The position numbers were made by a program, and so were the translations under genes. A DNA stretch of 64,000 nucleotides from Octopus sinensis (Eukaryota), in contig NC_043006.1 of the NCBI RefSeq assembly GCF_006345805.1, positions 87,172,001 to 87,236,000 on the forward strand, in the 5' to 3' direction. The stretch's first letter is position 1; each line of letters begins with the position of its first letter. The notes beneath the pieces are model-generated. The model was not told the DNA's origin. It saw only the letters and a program-made list of their open reading frames with translations, and made no database searches. Below are positions 1 to 12,511 of this stretch, piece by piece.

Positions 1-26
1 AAATGCTAAAATAATTTTATAGTGAA

Positions 27-74
27 CATTTCAGTACCGGTTTCGGTCATTTTGAGACCTTTTCAACTGTAACG
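27..74 (-). ncRNA. Minimal type I hammerhead ribozyme, U3-A8 variant (left-arm copy)
   Basis: Reverse-complement copy of 6666-6712 with one extra A in loop II. Confidence 0.75.
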
Positions 75-418
75 ATTAAATAATTAAATTTAGAAAAATT
101 AGAAGAAAAGTTTTTTAAAAGAATATTTCTATAGTAGTGTTCAGATTTAAGTGGCATTCTGCCTTTCTCTGACTCCCTTGTTTGCACTTGTGTGTTCGAG
201 GTAGTTGTGAGCTCTTGGTAGGGTAGTAGAGAGAAGGCTGGTGAGGAAAGGGGGGTGGGAGAATCTGGGAGTGCCCTGATAGTCGTATTTTGAATGGTCA
301 GTGGCGGCTGGCAGTCTCAGTTCAATTCAGGAGAATATTTATATTGACAGGCTTCTTTATAGAATTAGCGTAGGTGTTATACTAAAAAACATTAGTGACA
401 AAACTTAAGGGGTAGGGG

Positions 419-655
419 GTGGAGAAGAAGAAGAAGAAGAAGAAGAAGAAGAAGGAGAAGGAGAAGGAGAAGATGAAGATGATGATGGTGATGGTGGTGA
501 TGATTATGACGACGATGATGATGATAACGATGATGATGAAGAAGAAGAAGAAGAAGAAGGAGGAGAAGGAGAAGATGGTGGTGATGATGGTGGCGATGAT
601 GATGATGCCGATGATGATGATAACGATGATGATGAAGAAGAGGAAGAAGAAGAAG
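419..655. repeat. Compound trinucleotide microsatellite (GAA/GAG/GAT/GGT) in the PLE 3' UTR; mirrored at about 6085-6320
   Basis: Direct reading; it produces the spurious poly-K/M ORFs 419..730 and 5951..6181. Confidence 0.95.
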
Positions 656-1744
656 AAGAAAAAACAGAGAAGGGAGAATATGAATGTAAATATAGCTATG
701 AAGGGGCTGATTAGTAATGGATTCTATTGAGTGTAGTATTTGTGTGTGTATATATATTTTTTTCTTTTATTCTAAAGTTGAGGTATATTAATTGTTTGTC
801 GTAGACCCGTTAAGAAGTGGCTTGTATTTTGTAATAAAGAGATTTCTTTACTTATTCGTTGTCTCGAGGTTGTATCGTCCCTAAATTGGTAGAGGGGGAA
901 AATTCTGAAGTTTGGTGTTTTTTTTGTTGGCGCAAGTATCTATGTGTTGGCTAAAAGCTATTTTTCTGTTTTGGGGAATTTTTATCTGGGATCTGTGCAG
1001 GGCATTCGTTTACGCAAACCATTTTTGTTTGGCCTATGTACTGCTCTTGACACCCGGAGCAGGTTAGTGAGTATATTAGGTTCTCCGAAGCACATGTGAA
1101 GTTGCTTTTCACTGTAAAACGTTGTCCCGTTTGAAGGAGAACTCAGAACCCTCGATTAGATAGTCGCATATCCCGCAATTGGGTCTTCCACATTTTTTTA
1201 CTGTCGGCTTCTGTGGGAAGAGTGAATTCGGGCTTGTGTAAGGAGACTTTTCATGGATCTAGGCTGTCTTTTGCTTTTTATGATCGTGTGTGTTTGGAGG
1301 ATTGTGTTCATTCTGTGGTCTTTTTTTAGGAGGGGTATGTTGTGGAGGATGGTGTCGAAGGCTTCGTTATTGAGAGGGTTGTGTGGTGGAGATGTATGGT
1401 AAGGCTTTTGGTTGTAAGTTTTTCTTTGATTTGGGATGTCTCAGTTCCTTGATGTTAAGTTGAAGGGCACGTTGAATGCATTTGTCAATAAGTGAAGGTG
1501 GATAGTTCCTGGTGATTAGGGTATCTTTTAGTTCTTGTAGTCGTGTGTCTCTGGTGTTTGCGTTAGAGACTATAGTGCATATCCTTTTTGCTAGATTGAA
1601 GGGGATATTCATCCTGGTGTGTCTGGGGTGGCATGAATTGAATGGAAGATATGCTTAGAGTCTGTAGGCTTATAGTATATGTCTGTTTCTATTATATTAT
1701 TAGCTTTCTTAATGAGGATATCGAGGAAGGGGAGTTGTTGTTGG

Positions 1745-2065
1745 CTATTCCATCATGAATTGGATGTTTACGTCCAGTCCGTTTAAAATTTTCTGGAATT
1801 CTATGAGTTTTTCTATATTTTTATGCCAAAGGATGAAACAGTCATCTAGATATCTCTTCCAGTTGTTTTCTATGTAGATGGAGAAAGGGCTGCCATATCT
1901 TTCTAGAACCTTACGATACAGACTGATCTCTAGGTATCCTATGACTAGGTTGGCAAAGGAGGGGGCCATTCGTGTACCCATCGCAGTCCCCGATTTTTGT
2001 CGGTAGAAGTTGTCATTGAAGGCGAAGAAGTTATTTTCCAGGATGAATTTAACCCCTTCTATCAC
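1745..2065 (-). CDS. PLE reverse transcriptase fragment (catalytic YxDD region)
   Basis: NNFFAFNDNFYRQKSGTAMGTRMAPSFANL...WKRYLDDCFILW. Confidence 0.9.
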   Translation of the reverse strand: MIEGVKFILENNFFAFNDNFYRQKSGTAMGTRMAPSFANLVIGYLEISLYRKVLERYGSPFSIYIENNWKRYLDDCFILWHKNIEKLIEFQKILNGLDVNIQFMME

Positions 2066-2757
2066 AAATTCTTTTTGATGCGGTGTGGTAGTTCGTTGGC
2101 GTGATTCTCTAGCCAGAATTGGATTGCCTCTAGTCCTAGGTTGTGGGGGATATTGGAGTAGAGGTTGACTACATCGAAGGATACCAGTATGGTGTTTTTG
2201 TTTATAGTATTCGGTAGGTGATTGAGCATATCTAAGTCGTCCCTTATATAGCTTTTGACATGTTTGAGGAGTGGTTTTAACAGGGTGTCTAAAAAGTTAC
2301 TGAGGCGGTGGGTTTCGCATGCGGGACCTGCTATTATGGGTCTCAATTTGAGGTCATTAGGATTAGGGACTTTAATTATTTTGTCTGTAGCTATCTTGCA
2401 TGCGTTGCTTATTTTTTCACTTTTGTGGATCTTAGGTATACCGTAGAATTGGCTAGTTTTACTTGTGAAATTGGTCATATAATCATATTCTTTGTCGGTT
2501 AGCCCTGCTTTGTATGGGTTTAATATGGATTTTAGTTCCCTCATTATTTTTTGTTGACTGTAGTTTTGTGCCTTTTCATAGTATGTTGTGTCTTCCAGCA
2601 TAGAAAGTACCAAAGTTATGTAAAATGTCGTATCCATTAAGACAACAGCACTCCCTTTATCGGCCTCTTTGATTGTTATTGTTTTATCTAGTTTTAATTT
2701 GTTCAACTCAGCCCATTCTTTTTTGCTGAAGTTTGGTTTGTGTTTTTGTTTGTGCAT
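2062..2757 (-). CDS. PLE reverse transcriptase fragment (N-terminal part of RT)
   Basis: ORF track: TIKEADKGSAVVLMD, YGIPKIHK, LRPIIAGP, SFDVVNLYSNIPH are PLE RT motifs. Confidence 0.9.
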   Translation of the reverse strand: MHKQKHKPNFSKKEWAELNKLKLDKTITIKEADKGSAVVLMDTTFYITLVLSMLEDTTYYEKAQNYSQQKIMRELKSILNPYKAGLTDKEYDYMTNFTSKTSQFYGIPKIHKSEKISNACKIATDKIIKVPNPNDLKLRPIIAGPACETHRLSNFLDTLLKPLLKHVKSYIRDDLDMLNHLPNTINKNTILVSFDVVNLYSNIPHNLGLEAIQFWLENHANELPHRIKKNL

Positions 2758-5121
2758 ATGTTGATATGGGTAATTTGATATGTGGTCACAGAAATCATCA
2801 AGTGTTTTATTCTTACCTTTCGAGGGGGTGTAGTTACTCTATTTCTGGCTAACGATTCGTCCTCGTTGTATTTATCGTATAGCCTCAGTAAGTCTTAATT
2901 TTCTGCAGAATTCTGCGATGTCTTCTTTCATTCATTGTAGTTGGGGTGTTGTGGGGTGGGTGTAAACTTGAGTCCTTTGGAAAGTATGTTTATTTGGTTT
3001 GCTGTTAGTTCCTTGTGAGTTAGATTAATAATTTTTATTACTTTTGGTTCCTCCTGCTTGTTTGGTGCTATCTTGTGTCTCTGTGTTTGCGTATTGGGTC
3101 TAAAAAATGAATGCGTGGTGGTTGGACGGTAGCTAGTATATAGTTGTTCTTTGTTGATTAGGGGTCTCCTGTTGTGATTTATGGCGTGTGTTCTTGGAGC
3201 AGTATTGAGGAGAGCATCCCGATATCCCATATTCGGGTGTGGTGTTCTAGGAGGCCTTCCTTGGTAATCATTGCAAGTGGTGTGGGTTTGTTGTGCATGG
3301 TTGTTTAACCGGTTAATGGGACGAAGATTTCGTTGGTAACTCCTTTGGGTGGGGATGAGGTTGCAGTGTCTATGCTGTGGGTGTTGATTTATCCTTTCTC
3401 TGCTTGAAGTGGGGGTATTCCTGATATTGTATCGCTGGCTGCTTACAGAGTTAGGGTTAGGTCCTGTATTCTTTTTTTGATAGTAGTGAAGGTTCCGATT
3501 TTTAGAGAGGTGTGTATCGGTGTTTGGGTGTTGTTTTGGTTTTCTTATTTTCTGGAAAGGGTTGTTGGAGGCGTGCTCTGTTTGAAAGACGGCTTCATAG
3601 TCTGAGAACCAAGTGGCGCTTTTCTCCAGCGTTGGAGAGATTTTAGTTCTTCTTTTTCACAGTCCTCTTTCCATAGTTTTGAGAACTTCTCTTGATCTGG
3701 GCCTTGGGTCATTTTGCGAATTTCTTCGTTGATATCTTCATCGGTGGATTTTATTTTATCCTCATTCGTTTGGGCTCTCAATTTCAGAAGTTCTATTTCC
3801 ATTTCATTTTTTCCAGTGCCATTCTCTCCCTGAGGGTCTTGTGTTTCAGGTTCTTCTGTAATAGCTTTGAACTGGAATTACGTGGGAGGATTAACGGGGT
3901 CCGTTGAGCCATTTTTCGTATATATCCGTTGTTGTTGTTTTGGATCATCTTCAAAAGGCGAACTTTCTATCTCTGAGTGATTTGTTCCATTGTGGTATTA
4001 TGTGGTGTTTCATTTGGTATGTTGTTAGAGTATTGATCCCATATATTGACTCTTTGGAGGTCCTTGGTTAGCGTTGTTAGAGAAAATGTTCTAATTGTTT
4101 CGCATAAGTTTCCAAGGTTTTCGACAATTTCGGAGGTTGTGTATTTTCGTATCTGTTTCTTCATTGTTCTCTCGATTGGGTTGAAGTGTCGAGTCGAATT
4201 TGTTCAAAAAAGTTGACAAATTTGTGTTAATTTTCTTGAGTTCTTTCAGTATTTCTTCGTTTATGGAGGTGATTGTGTCTGTTTTTGTCGGCATTTTCTG
4301 TATCTCGTGTGGGTTAATGATGGTATATGGGTGAAAAGGAACACACGAGTTGATATATATGAAAAAAAAGTAAAAAAATAATTAAAGTCCCTAATCCTAA
4401 TGACCTCAAATTGGAACATAATAGCAGGTCCCGCATGCGAAACCCACCGCCTCAGTAACTTTTTAGACACCCTGTTAAAACCACTCCTCAAACATGTCAA
4501 AAGCTATATAAGGGACGACTTAGATATGCTCAATCACCTACCGAATACTATAAACAAAAACACCATATGGTATCCTTCGATGTAGTCAACCTCTACTCCA
4601 ATATCCCCCACAACCTAGGACTAGAGGCAATCCAATTCTGGCTAGGAATCACGCCAACGAACTACCACACCGCATCAAAAAAGAATTTGTGATAGAAGGG
4701 GTTTAAATTCATCCTGGAAAATAATTCTTCGCCTTCAATGACAACTTCTACCGACAAAAATCGGGGACTGCGATGGGTACACGAATGGCCCCCTCCTTTG
4801 CCAACCTAGTCATAGGATACCTAGAGATCAGTCTGTATCGTAAGGTTCTAGAAAGATATGGCAGCCCTTTCTCCATCTACATAGAAAACAACTGGAAGAG
4901 ATATCTAGATGACTTTTCATCCTTTGGCATAAAAATATAGAAAAACTCATAGAATTCCAGAAAATTTTAAACGGACTGGACGTAAACATCCAATTCATGA
5001 TGGAATATAGCCAACAACAACTCCCCTTCCTCGATATCCTCATTAAGAAAGCTAATAATATAATAGAAACAGACATATACTATAAGCCTACAGACTCTAA
5101 GCAATATCTTCCATTCAATTC

Positions 5122-5967
5122 ATGCCACCCCAGACACACCAGGATGAAATCCCCTTCAATCTAGCAAAAAGGATATGCACTATAGTCTCTAACGCAAACA
5201 CCAGAGACACACGACTACAAGAACTAAAAGATACCCTAATCACCAGGAACTATCCACCTTCACTTATTGACAAATGCATTCAACGTGCCCTTCAACTTAA
5301 CATCAAGGAACTGAGACATCCCAAATCAAAGAAAAACTTACAACCAAAAGCCTTACCATACATCTCCACACACAACCCTCTCAATAACGAAGCCTTCGAC
5401 ACCATCCTCCACAACATACCCCTCCTAAAAAAAGACCACAGAATGAACACAATCCTCCAAACACACACGATCATAAAAAGCAAAAGACAGCCTAGATCCA
5501 TGAAAAGTCTCCTTACACAAGCCCGAATTCACTCTTCAACACAGAAGCCGACAGTAAAAAAATGTGGAAGACCCAATTGCGGGATATGCGACTATCTAAT
5601 CGAGGGTTCTGAGTTCTCCTTCAAACAGGGACAACGTTTTACAGTGAAAAGCAACTTCACATGTGCTTCGGAGAACCTAATATACTCACTAACCTGCTCC
5701 GGGTGTCAAGAGCAGTACATAGGCCAAACAAAAAATGGTTTGCGTAAACGAATGGGCCTGCACAGATCCCAGATAAAAATTCCCCAAAACAGAAAAATAG
5801 CTTTTAGCCAACACATAGATACTTGCGCCAACAAAAAACACCAAACTTCAGAATTTTCCCCCTCTACCAATTTAGGGACGATACAACCTCGAGACAACGA
5901 AGTAAAGAAAGAAATCTCTTTATTACAAAATACAAGCCACTTTAACGGGTCTACGACAAACAATTAA
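5122..5967 (+). CDS. PLE RT thumb, linker and GIY-YIG endonuclease fragment
   Basis: IPFNLAKRICTIVS...KCGRPNCGIC...CASENLIYSLTCSGCQEQYIGQTKNGLRKRMGLHRSQI (LIY..YIG motif). Confidence 0.92.
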   Translation: MPPQTHQDEIPFNLAKRICTIVSNANTRDTRLQELKDTLITRNYPPSLIDKCIQRALQLNIKELRHPKSKKNLQPKALPYISTHNPLNNEAFDTILHNIPLLKKDHRMNTILQTHTIIKSKRQPRSMKSLLTQARIHSSTQKPTVKKCGRPNCGICDYLIEGSEFSFKQGQRFTVKSNFTCASENLIYSLTCSGCQEQYIGQTKNGLRKRMGLHRSQIKIPQNRKIAFSQHIDTCANKKHQTSEFSPSTNLGTIQPRDNEVKKEISLLQNTSHFNGSTTNN

Positions 5968-6665
5968 TATACCTCAACTTAGAAAAAAAGAAAAAAATAT
6001 ATATACACACACAAATACTACACTCATAGAATCCATTACTAATCAGCCCCTTCATAGCTATATTTACATTCATATTCTCCCTTCTCTGTTTTTTCTTCTT
6101 CTTCTTCTTCCTCTTCTTCTTCATCATCATCGTTATCATCATCATCGGCATCATCATCATCGCCACCATCATCACCACCATCTTCTCTTCTCCTCCTTCT
6201 TCTTCTTCTTCTTCTTCATCATCATCGTTTCATCATCATCGTCGTCATAATCATCACCACCATCACCATCATCGTCATCTTCTCCTTCTCCCTTCTCCTT
6301 CTTCTTCTTCTTCTTCTCCACCCCCTACCCCTTAAGTTTGTCACTAATGTTTTTTAGTATAACACCTACGCTAATTCTATAAAGAAGCCTGTCAATATAA
6401 ATATTCTCCTGAATTGAACTGAGACTGCCAGCTGCCACTGACCATTCAAAATACGACCATCAGGGCACTCCCAGATTCTCCCACCCCCTTTCCTCCCCAC
6501 CAGCCTTCTCTCTACTACCCTACCAAGAGCTCACAACTACCTCGAACACACAAGTGCAAACAAGGGAGTCAGAGAAAGGCAGAATGCCACTTAAATCTGA
6601 ACACTACTATAGAAATATTCTTTTAAAAAACTTTTCTTCTAATTTTTCTAAATTAATTATTTAAT

Positions 6666-6712
6666 CGTTACAGTTGAAAAGGTCTCAAATGACCGAAACC
6701 GGTACTGAAATG
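6666..6712 (+). ncRNA. Minimal type I hammerhead ribozyme, U3-A8 core variant, at the PLE 3' end
   Basis: CGTTACAG-TTGAAAA-GGTC(TCAAAT)GACC-GAAA-CCGG-TA|CTGAAATG; stem III lies in the palindrome ACCGGT; predicted cleavage after A6704. Confidence 0.75.
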
Positions 6713-6771
6713 TTCACTATAAAATTATTTTAGCATTTTCTATTTTGTACTTGTTTTTTCATATATATATT

Positions 6772-6805
<34 letters not shown>

Positions 6806-6988
6806 TGTCCAACCCATGCTAGCATGGAAAGCGGACGTTAAATGATGATGATGATGATGATATGTATATATATATGTATATAATATATGTATATGTATAT
6901 ATATATATATATGTATATATAAATATGTACTCAAATACCAGTGGTAGAGTAATATGCTTTATTTTAAGCAGCAGAAAATTCAACAAAT

Positions 6989-7026
6989 CTGTTACTCTGA
7001 GTTTCTCGTTGCCGTTCATCAGACAG
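6989..7026 (-). ncRNA. Type I hammerhead fold with canonical core in a PLE-like 3' end remnant
   Basis: Minus strand: CTGT-CTGATGA-ACG(GCAA)CGA-GAAA-CTCAGAG-TA|ACAG. Confidence 0.7.
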
Positions 7027-7072
7027 TTTAGCAAAAACTGTCTGATGAACGGCAACGAGAAACTCAGAGTAA
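6992..7072. repeat. Perfect 38-bp inverted repeat with 5-nt loop
   Basis: 6992-7029 is the exact reverse complement of 7035-7072. Confidence 0.95.
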
Positions 7073-7114
7073 TATATAAATATGTATATTATATATGTAT
7101 ATATATATACACAC

Positions 7115-7208
<94 letters not shown>

Positions 7209-7211
7209 TAT

Positions 7212-7440
7212 TCTTCTCTTTTCTTTTCTCTTACTTGTTTCAGTCATTTGACTGAGGCCGTGCTGGGGCACCGCCTTTTAGTCGAGCAAATCGACCCGGG
7301 ACTTATTCTTTGTAAGCCCAGTACTTATTCTATCGGTCTCTTTTGCCGAACTGCTAAGTGACGGGGACGTAAACACACCACCATCGGTTGTCAAGCGATG
7401 TTGGTGGGGACAAACACAGACACACAAACACACACACACA
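7212..7440 (-). mobile_element. Octopus-type SINE, family A (GACTGAAACAAGTAAAAGAG tail), 3' half
   Basis: Same body as the fuller copy at 22165-22580. Confidence 0.8.
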
Positions 7441-7486
7441 TATAATATATACACATATATATTATACATATATATATATAAATAAT

Positions 7487-7518
<32 letters not shown>

Positions 7519-7520
7519 AC

Positions 7521-7574
<54 letters not shown>

Positions 7575-7576
<2 letters not shown>

Positions 7577-8027
7577 CCCCAGCCCATCCAAAGTACCTTA
7601 GATTGCAGAATGACCTGCTGTGCTTACCTTGGATCGTAGGGTGACCTGCTGTGCTTGAGGAGACCTATTGAGTCAAGTACATCAACATCAAAATAAATAT
7701 AAAATGGAAATTGTAGTTGTGATACCTGTGCCGGTGGCATGTAAAAAGCACCATCCGAACATGTCCGATGTCAGCGACACCTTGACTGGCTTCTGTGCCA
7801 GTGGCATGTAAAAAGCACCAATCGATCATGGCTGCTGCCAGCCTCCCCTGGCACGTAAAAAGCACCCACTACACTCACAAAGTGGTTGGCATTAGGAAGG
7901 GCATCCAGCTTTAGAAACATTGCCAGATCAGACTGGAATCTGGTGAAGCCTCCTGGCTTCCCAGACCCCGGTCAAACCGTCCAACCGCTAGCACAGAAAA
8001 CGGACATTAAATGATGATGATGATGAT
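7575..8027 (+). mobile_element. RTE-like LINE/SINE 3' end, family B, with (ATG)n tail and internal ~60-bp repeats
   Basis: Shares GGAAGGGCATCCAGC...CCGTCCAACC...TAAATGATGATG with 35749-36456 and 50828-51100. Confidence 0.7.
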
Positions 8028-11000
8028 GTATATGTGTTTATGTATGAGTGTTTGATTAAAAAATTCCCTTATCATAAAAACTGGTAAAGGTAGACAAATG
8101 AAGAGCATATGGACATAAATTGTTGCCGCTGTCCAGTCTACACTAACATAAAAAAACAGATTCTTTAATACAAAAAGTCCAGTTTTAAAAGTATTTACAT
8201 TGAAATTAAAACCTTTCTTTATAATTTTACAAAAGATCCAATTTTTACTTAAGTTATATTCCCATCATCATCATCTTACTAAAAGTGTTTTATTATTTTA
8301 TCAAACATCTCAGTTTCTTATGAAAATTGACTAACATTTGCAAACACATAACAGAACTATCATTAGCGCAAGTTTTCGTTATTATACACTGAATGTGTAC
8401 AAATAAATATATATGTATTTTTTAGCAAGCAGAATAATATACCCATTAGAAGTATATGTAATACATGTTTCACTGATTCTTTGTGTGTTTCTAGTAGTAG
8501 GTCACATAGATTTAAATGTGAAAAGAAGAGACAACAAATGAATAGCCAAAGATTATGTAAGTTTCAGATTTTATCATTTGTAATAAGTATAGTACCTTAA
8601 TGAAGAAATAACTATGAGTATGGCATACTGCAGTTGCCTTAAAGTAAAAAACACAAAGAGTGGCAGCCAGAAGCATTGGGAAGCAACAAGAAGTTGATTT
8701 TGTTTTGAAAGGCAGTGACTGATGTTATTGGCTCCTGAAGGCATTGAATACAAATCATCAGATAACAAGTGTTAGGTAAAGTATTTGAATACAAATATTG
8801 AGTGCTGATATAGCTATGTGGTTTAGAATTTCCATACATAACTACATAGTTTCAGGATTGATCTTACTGTGTAGTACCTTTTTCTTTTGTTTGATCAGAA
8901 GGAAACTGATCCAGTCCACATTCATACTGACCCCACTCATATTCACTTCCTGCTCCTGTTCACTATTCACAACATTCATCCCTTATACAAATCTGGCCTC
9001 CTGCACTAAATGTTTATATTCACTTCACTCTCTTTCAACACTTTTACAACCTATCCTACCATTCTCCTGGGTTCTTCTGTCCCAGGACTCTCTTCTATAC
9101 ACTTCTTAGACTTGTTAACATTATGATGCATTCTGAAACTTTGTCATCCCCATATTAACCTCTGTTTGAGCACTGCACTAGCTTCCACTATCAACGTATG
9201 TAAAATGAAAGGCAAATATGAATTTTCACCACACAAAGTGAATGTTTTACTGATCTCCTATAAAACTTTAACACATTGCTTAAATCAACCACCTTGTCTC
9301 CTATCCTCAAGGGCCTCTTTAGTCTTGCAGGTTACAAGCCAAACTCATGAGTGATGGAACCATGAAAATGCACAAATACACTCTATAAAGTGTATTTGTG
9401 CATTCTATTAAGAAGGGCATAAACCACAGAAATCTTGTCAAAATTGATCCTTTGGACCTTGTCAAACATCCAACCTATGCTAACATGGAAAACAGACATA
9501 AAATGATGATTATGATGTTGTATGTATGTCTATATATAATATACACTCACACACACATACTGAGTATAAGAGAAAACCCCTTGTATTTAAAACAGCTGTA
9601 GATATGGTGCTAGGGAAGTCAGGCAAATGATAATGGTGTAATTTAGTTACAATCAGGGTTTGGAGTGGTGTACCCCATGTGTTTGCTGTTGAAATGTTTG
9701 TCAGCCTGTGATATATAGGAGGATTTTGGGGGCACCCTGTATTACATGTGCATATGTATGACTGCATGTTTTTATAGCTAGGATATGCGAACCAGGGTTT
9801 GTAGCCTTTTATGTCAGTAAAAAATGGGGTAACATAACCATTCAATAAATAAAGGTTAACAAAATAAATGCCAGATTGAAATAAGGGTTTGATACAATTT
9901 CCTGCAACCCTTGAACTCAGTGCTTCAGCATTGTCTCAGTGCAATGAGAGAAACAAGTAATAGGATAAAAAATAATAAAAACAATGCGTATATTGAGCTA
10001 AATATGACTGAAGACCAGCTAGAAGAATATTCCATTATGTTGAAATGTAAGAAATAATAAAGAGTTGATAATTATATCTGTGGTAGAAAAGTGGTGTTAG
10101 GAGGTAGTATGGCGCAACGTATATGCATTAGTTTTAATGTGCATAACTGATCATGTCTGTAAAATGGTACATTAGCCATTCAAGTAGCACATCATTCAGA
10201 TACAAGAATTAAAGTTTACAATAACTATAGAAATCATCCTTTCATGGCATTTCTGAAATTTGAAAGTGGATCTGTGCAGGTAAAAACATGGTGAATATAA
10301 CAAATTATGAAAAAATGAAATACAAGATACTGGACATAAAATTTAGGAAAAGGAAGCAAGTCGAATAGAAGAAAATGGAAATAAAGCAGTGTGAAATATG
10401 AGTAGAATTTGAAATATATTTAAAAGGCATTTGCTATAAAGTAAAGTAAAGATTATCATAAACTTAAGTGACGTTTGTCATAAACTTAGAGTGGTAGTTG
10501 TAATAAAATGAAGCACAAATTGACAGAACATTAAGCAGAGGGTGAAACAAAATCATGAAACCCGCCTTTATCGGAGTCTACAATATTAGTTTCATATAAT
10601 CTTAGGGGAGGAATTTATTAAAAAAAAAAGGCGGGGATAAAAGAGTGGATGTGGAAGCAAGATAAAGGATTAGTATGATACTTCAATAAAACAGTATTGA
10701 TATCGGGCATTATCTAAAATAAACAAAATAGCACAAAGCAAAGAGATTTTAAAAAATTGTTTCAAAAAGGAGATTATTTTGTCTGAGGGGTTAATTTTAC
10801 AGAGATAAAAGACCAACAGTGCTTACTGGAAAATAAATAAGAGAGGGAGGGCTTTGAAATAGAAATGAATAGCAAGGGGGAAAAAAAGCAAATTTGATTA
10901 AACTGACAACAGAGAATAGTATTTTGACTTGGGTGGAGGAAACATTCCAAAACACTTTTGTGTTGGTGAAAAGAATGGAGGGTGGGTAGAGCAAACAATA

Positions 11001-12511
11001 TATCCCTGATGTAATTTAAACGGATTCATTACACCATCAAAAGGAGCCAAATTCATCTCCTTTGATAGTTTTTATTGTCAATGGACATAGAATTTTCAGA
11101 AATCAATTTATTTTCTCCTCAGATACAATGAAGTGTATTGGAGGGACTGTGGTAATCACCTAAAAAATATATGCACATGCGCACACACAAGTGTATATCA
11201 CTGTGTGGATATAAATATACATGCACAAATATACTTATATACATACAAACACACACAAACGCACACACACACATACACACATATATACACATATAGATGA
11301 CATGTGTGCATATGTGTACGAACAGGCATTGGTGCATGAATATGCTGTTCACTTTGTTAACTTGTAGTCTAGTGTTCTGTCTCACTCTACAGCATCTTAA
11401 GTAAATGCTTTCTACTGTAGCTTCAGGCCAGCCAATGCTTTGGAAATGAAATTAGCTGATGTAAACTGTTCCTGAATTAATGTGCAGGTTAAGTATACCA
11501 TAGTTTCATGTAACTTTCATGGAATTCTCTTGTTGAATCAGAGTGACACAGTGTTTGACAAGGATGTAGACTTGAATCACAAATACAATCCATTTGGTGG
11601 ACTTCTATACAGATTCCACTTTCAGTCACAAGGTATCAGTTGACCTTAAAGGGTCAACTGATACCTTGATTATGACACTCACACATGATGTCATGAAATA
11701 GGATCAAACTCAGAATCTTGGGGTTGCAATGGGAACGTTTTGCACACCACTCAGCCCATGTTATGCTGACATATATATATATGAGTTGAATTGCGCAAAC
11801 ACTATATGAGAGAGGTTTTCTTTAAGTATTAGAAATAGTTTAAAAAAAGTTTTTTTAGCTGCTATTTCTAATGAGTTCAGTATGCGGCAAAGTAATTTAT
11901 TTTACTAAGCCCTTTTATATAATGTAATAATTTGAATTCGCCTTAAATGGTCCCTTTGCATACTGAATACTTGGTGAAATTGATTAATAATTAATTAATT
12001 TTACCCTCAATTGTTGAAATTATATATATATATATATATATACACATGCACATATGTATATATATATATATAGAGAGAGAGAGAGACAGACAGACAGAGA
12101 TTTATATATGTGTATGTTTGTTACTTAATGTCAACTGATTGAAAAATGCACTCAATACACACTGAAGAGGATAATTTTTTTAATTAAAACTGAAGCTGAG
12201 AGTCTGTCTCATGATTTGTGCTTCATGCTACTGCAATCTCCAGGTGTTTCACCTGGTGATCACAGTGGACTAAAACTCAAATAGTGAGATAAATTCCTCA
12301 TTTCAGTTTTGATAAAAAATACATGTACACACACAAATACATATATATATATATGTATATATATAGGTGAGAAAGTTGGTGTGTGAAAGCACGTGGTTGG
12401 ATATATAGAATATAGTAAAAAGTGAAAAAACTACAGAAGGCTTGTTTTATAAGGTTAAAGAATATATTTGAGTCATTATGTTAGAAGAATGTTATAAAAT
12501 TTTTTCATACA

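Larger units (their letters stand above)
1..4365 (-). mobile_element. Penelope-like retroelement (PLE), near full length, Neptune-like; 3' end runs off the window start
   Basis: One long reading frame broken by frameshifts from ATG 4294 (MPTKTDT...) to about 770. It includes LSKGLKFTPT, FYGIPKIHK, LRPIIAG, LVSFDVVNLYSNIP, YRQKSGTAMGTRMAPSFANL, WKRYLDDCF and a C-terminal GIY-YIG domain with a CGRPNCGIC linker. Confidence 0.95.
4375..6760 (+). mobile_element. 5'-truncated inverted copy of the same PLE (right arm of the palindrome)
   Basis: 4375-6738 is the near-exact reverse complement of 1-2372; it ends in an (AT)n tract at about 6760. Confidence 0.95.

Noticed and set aside
419-730. Poly-K/M/E ORF (and 5951..6181)
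   Set aside because: Translation of a trinucleotide microsatellite in the PLE UTR.
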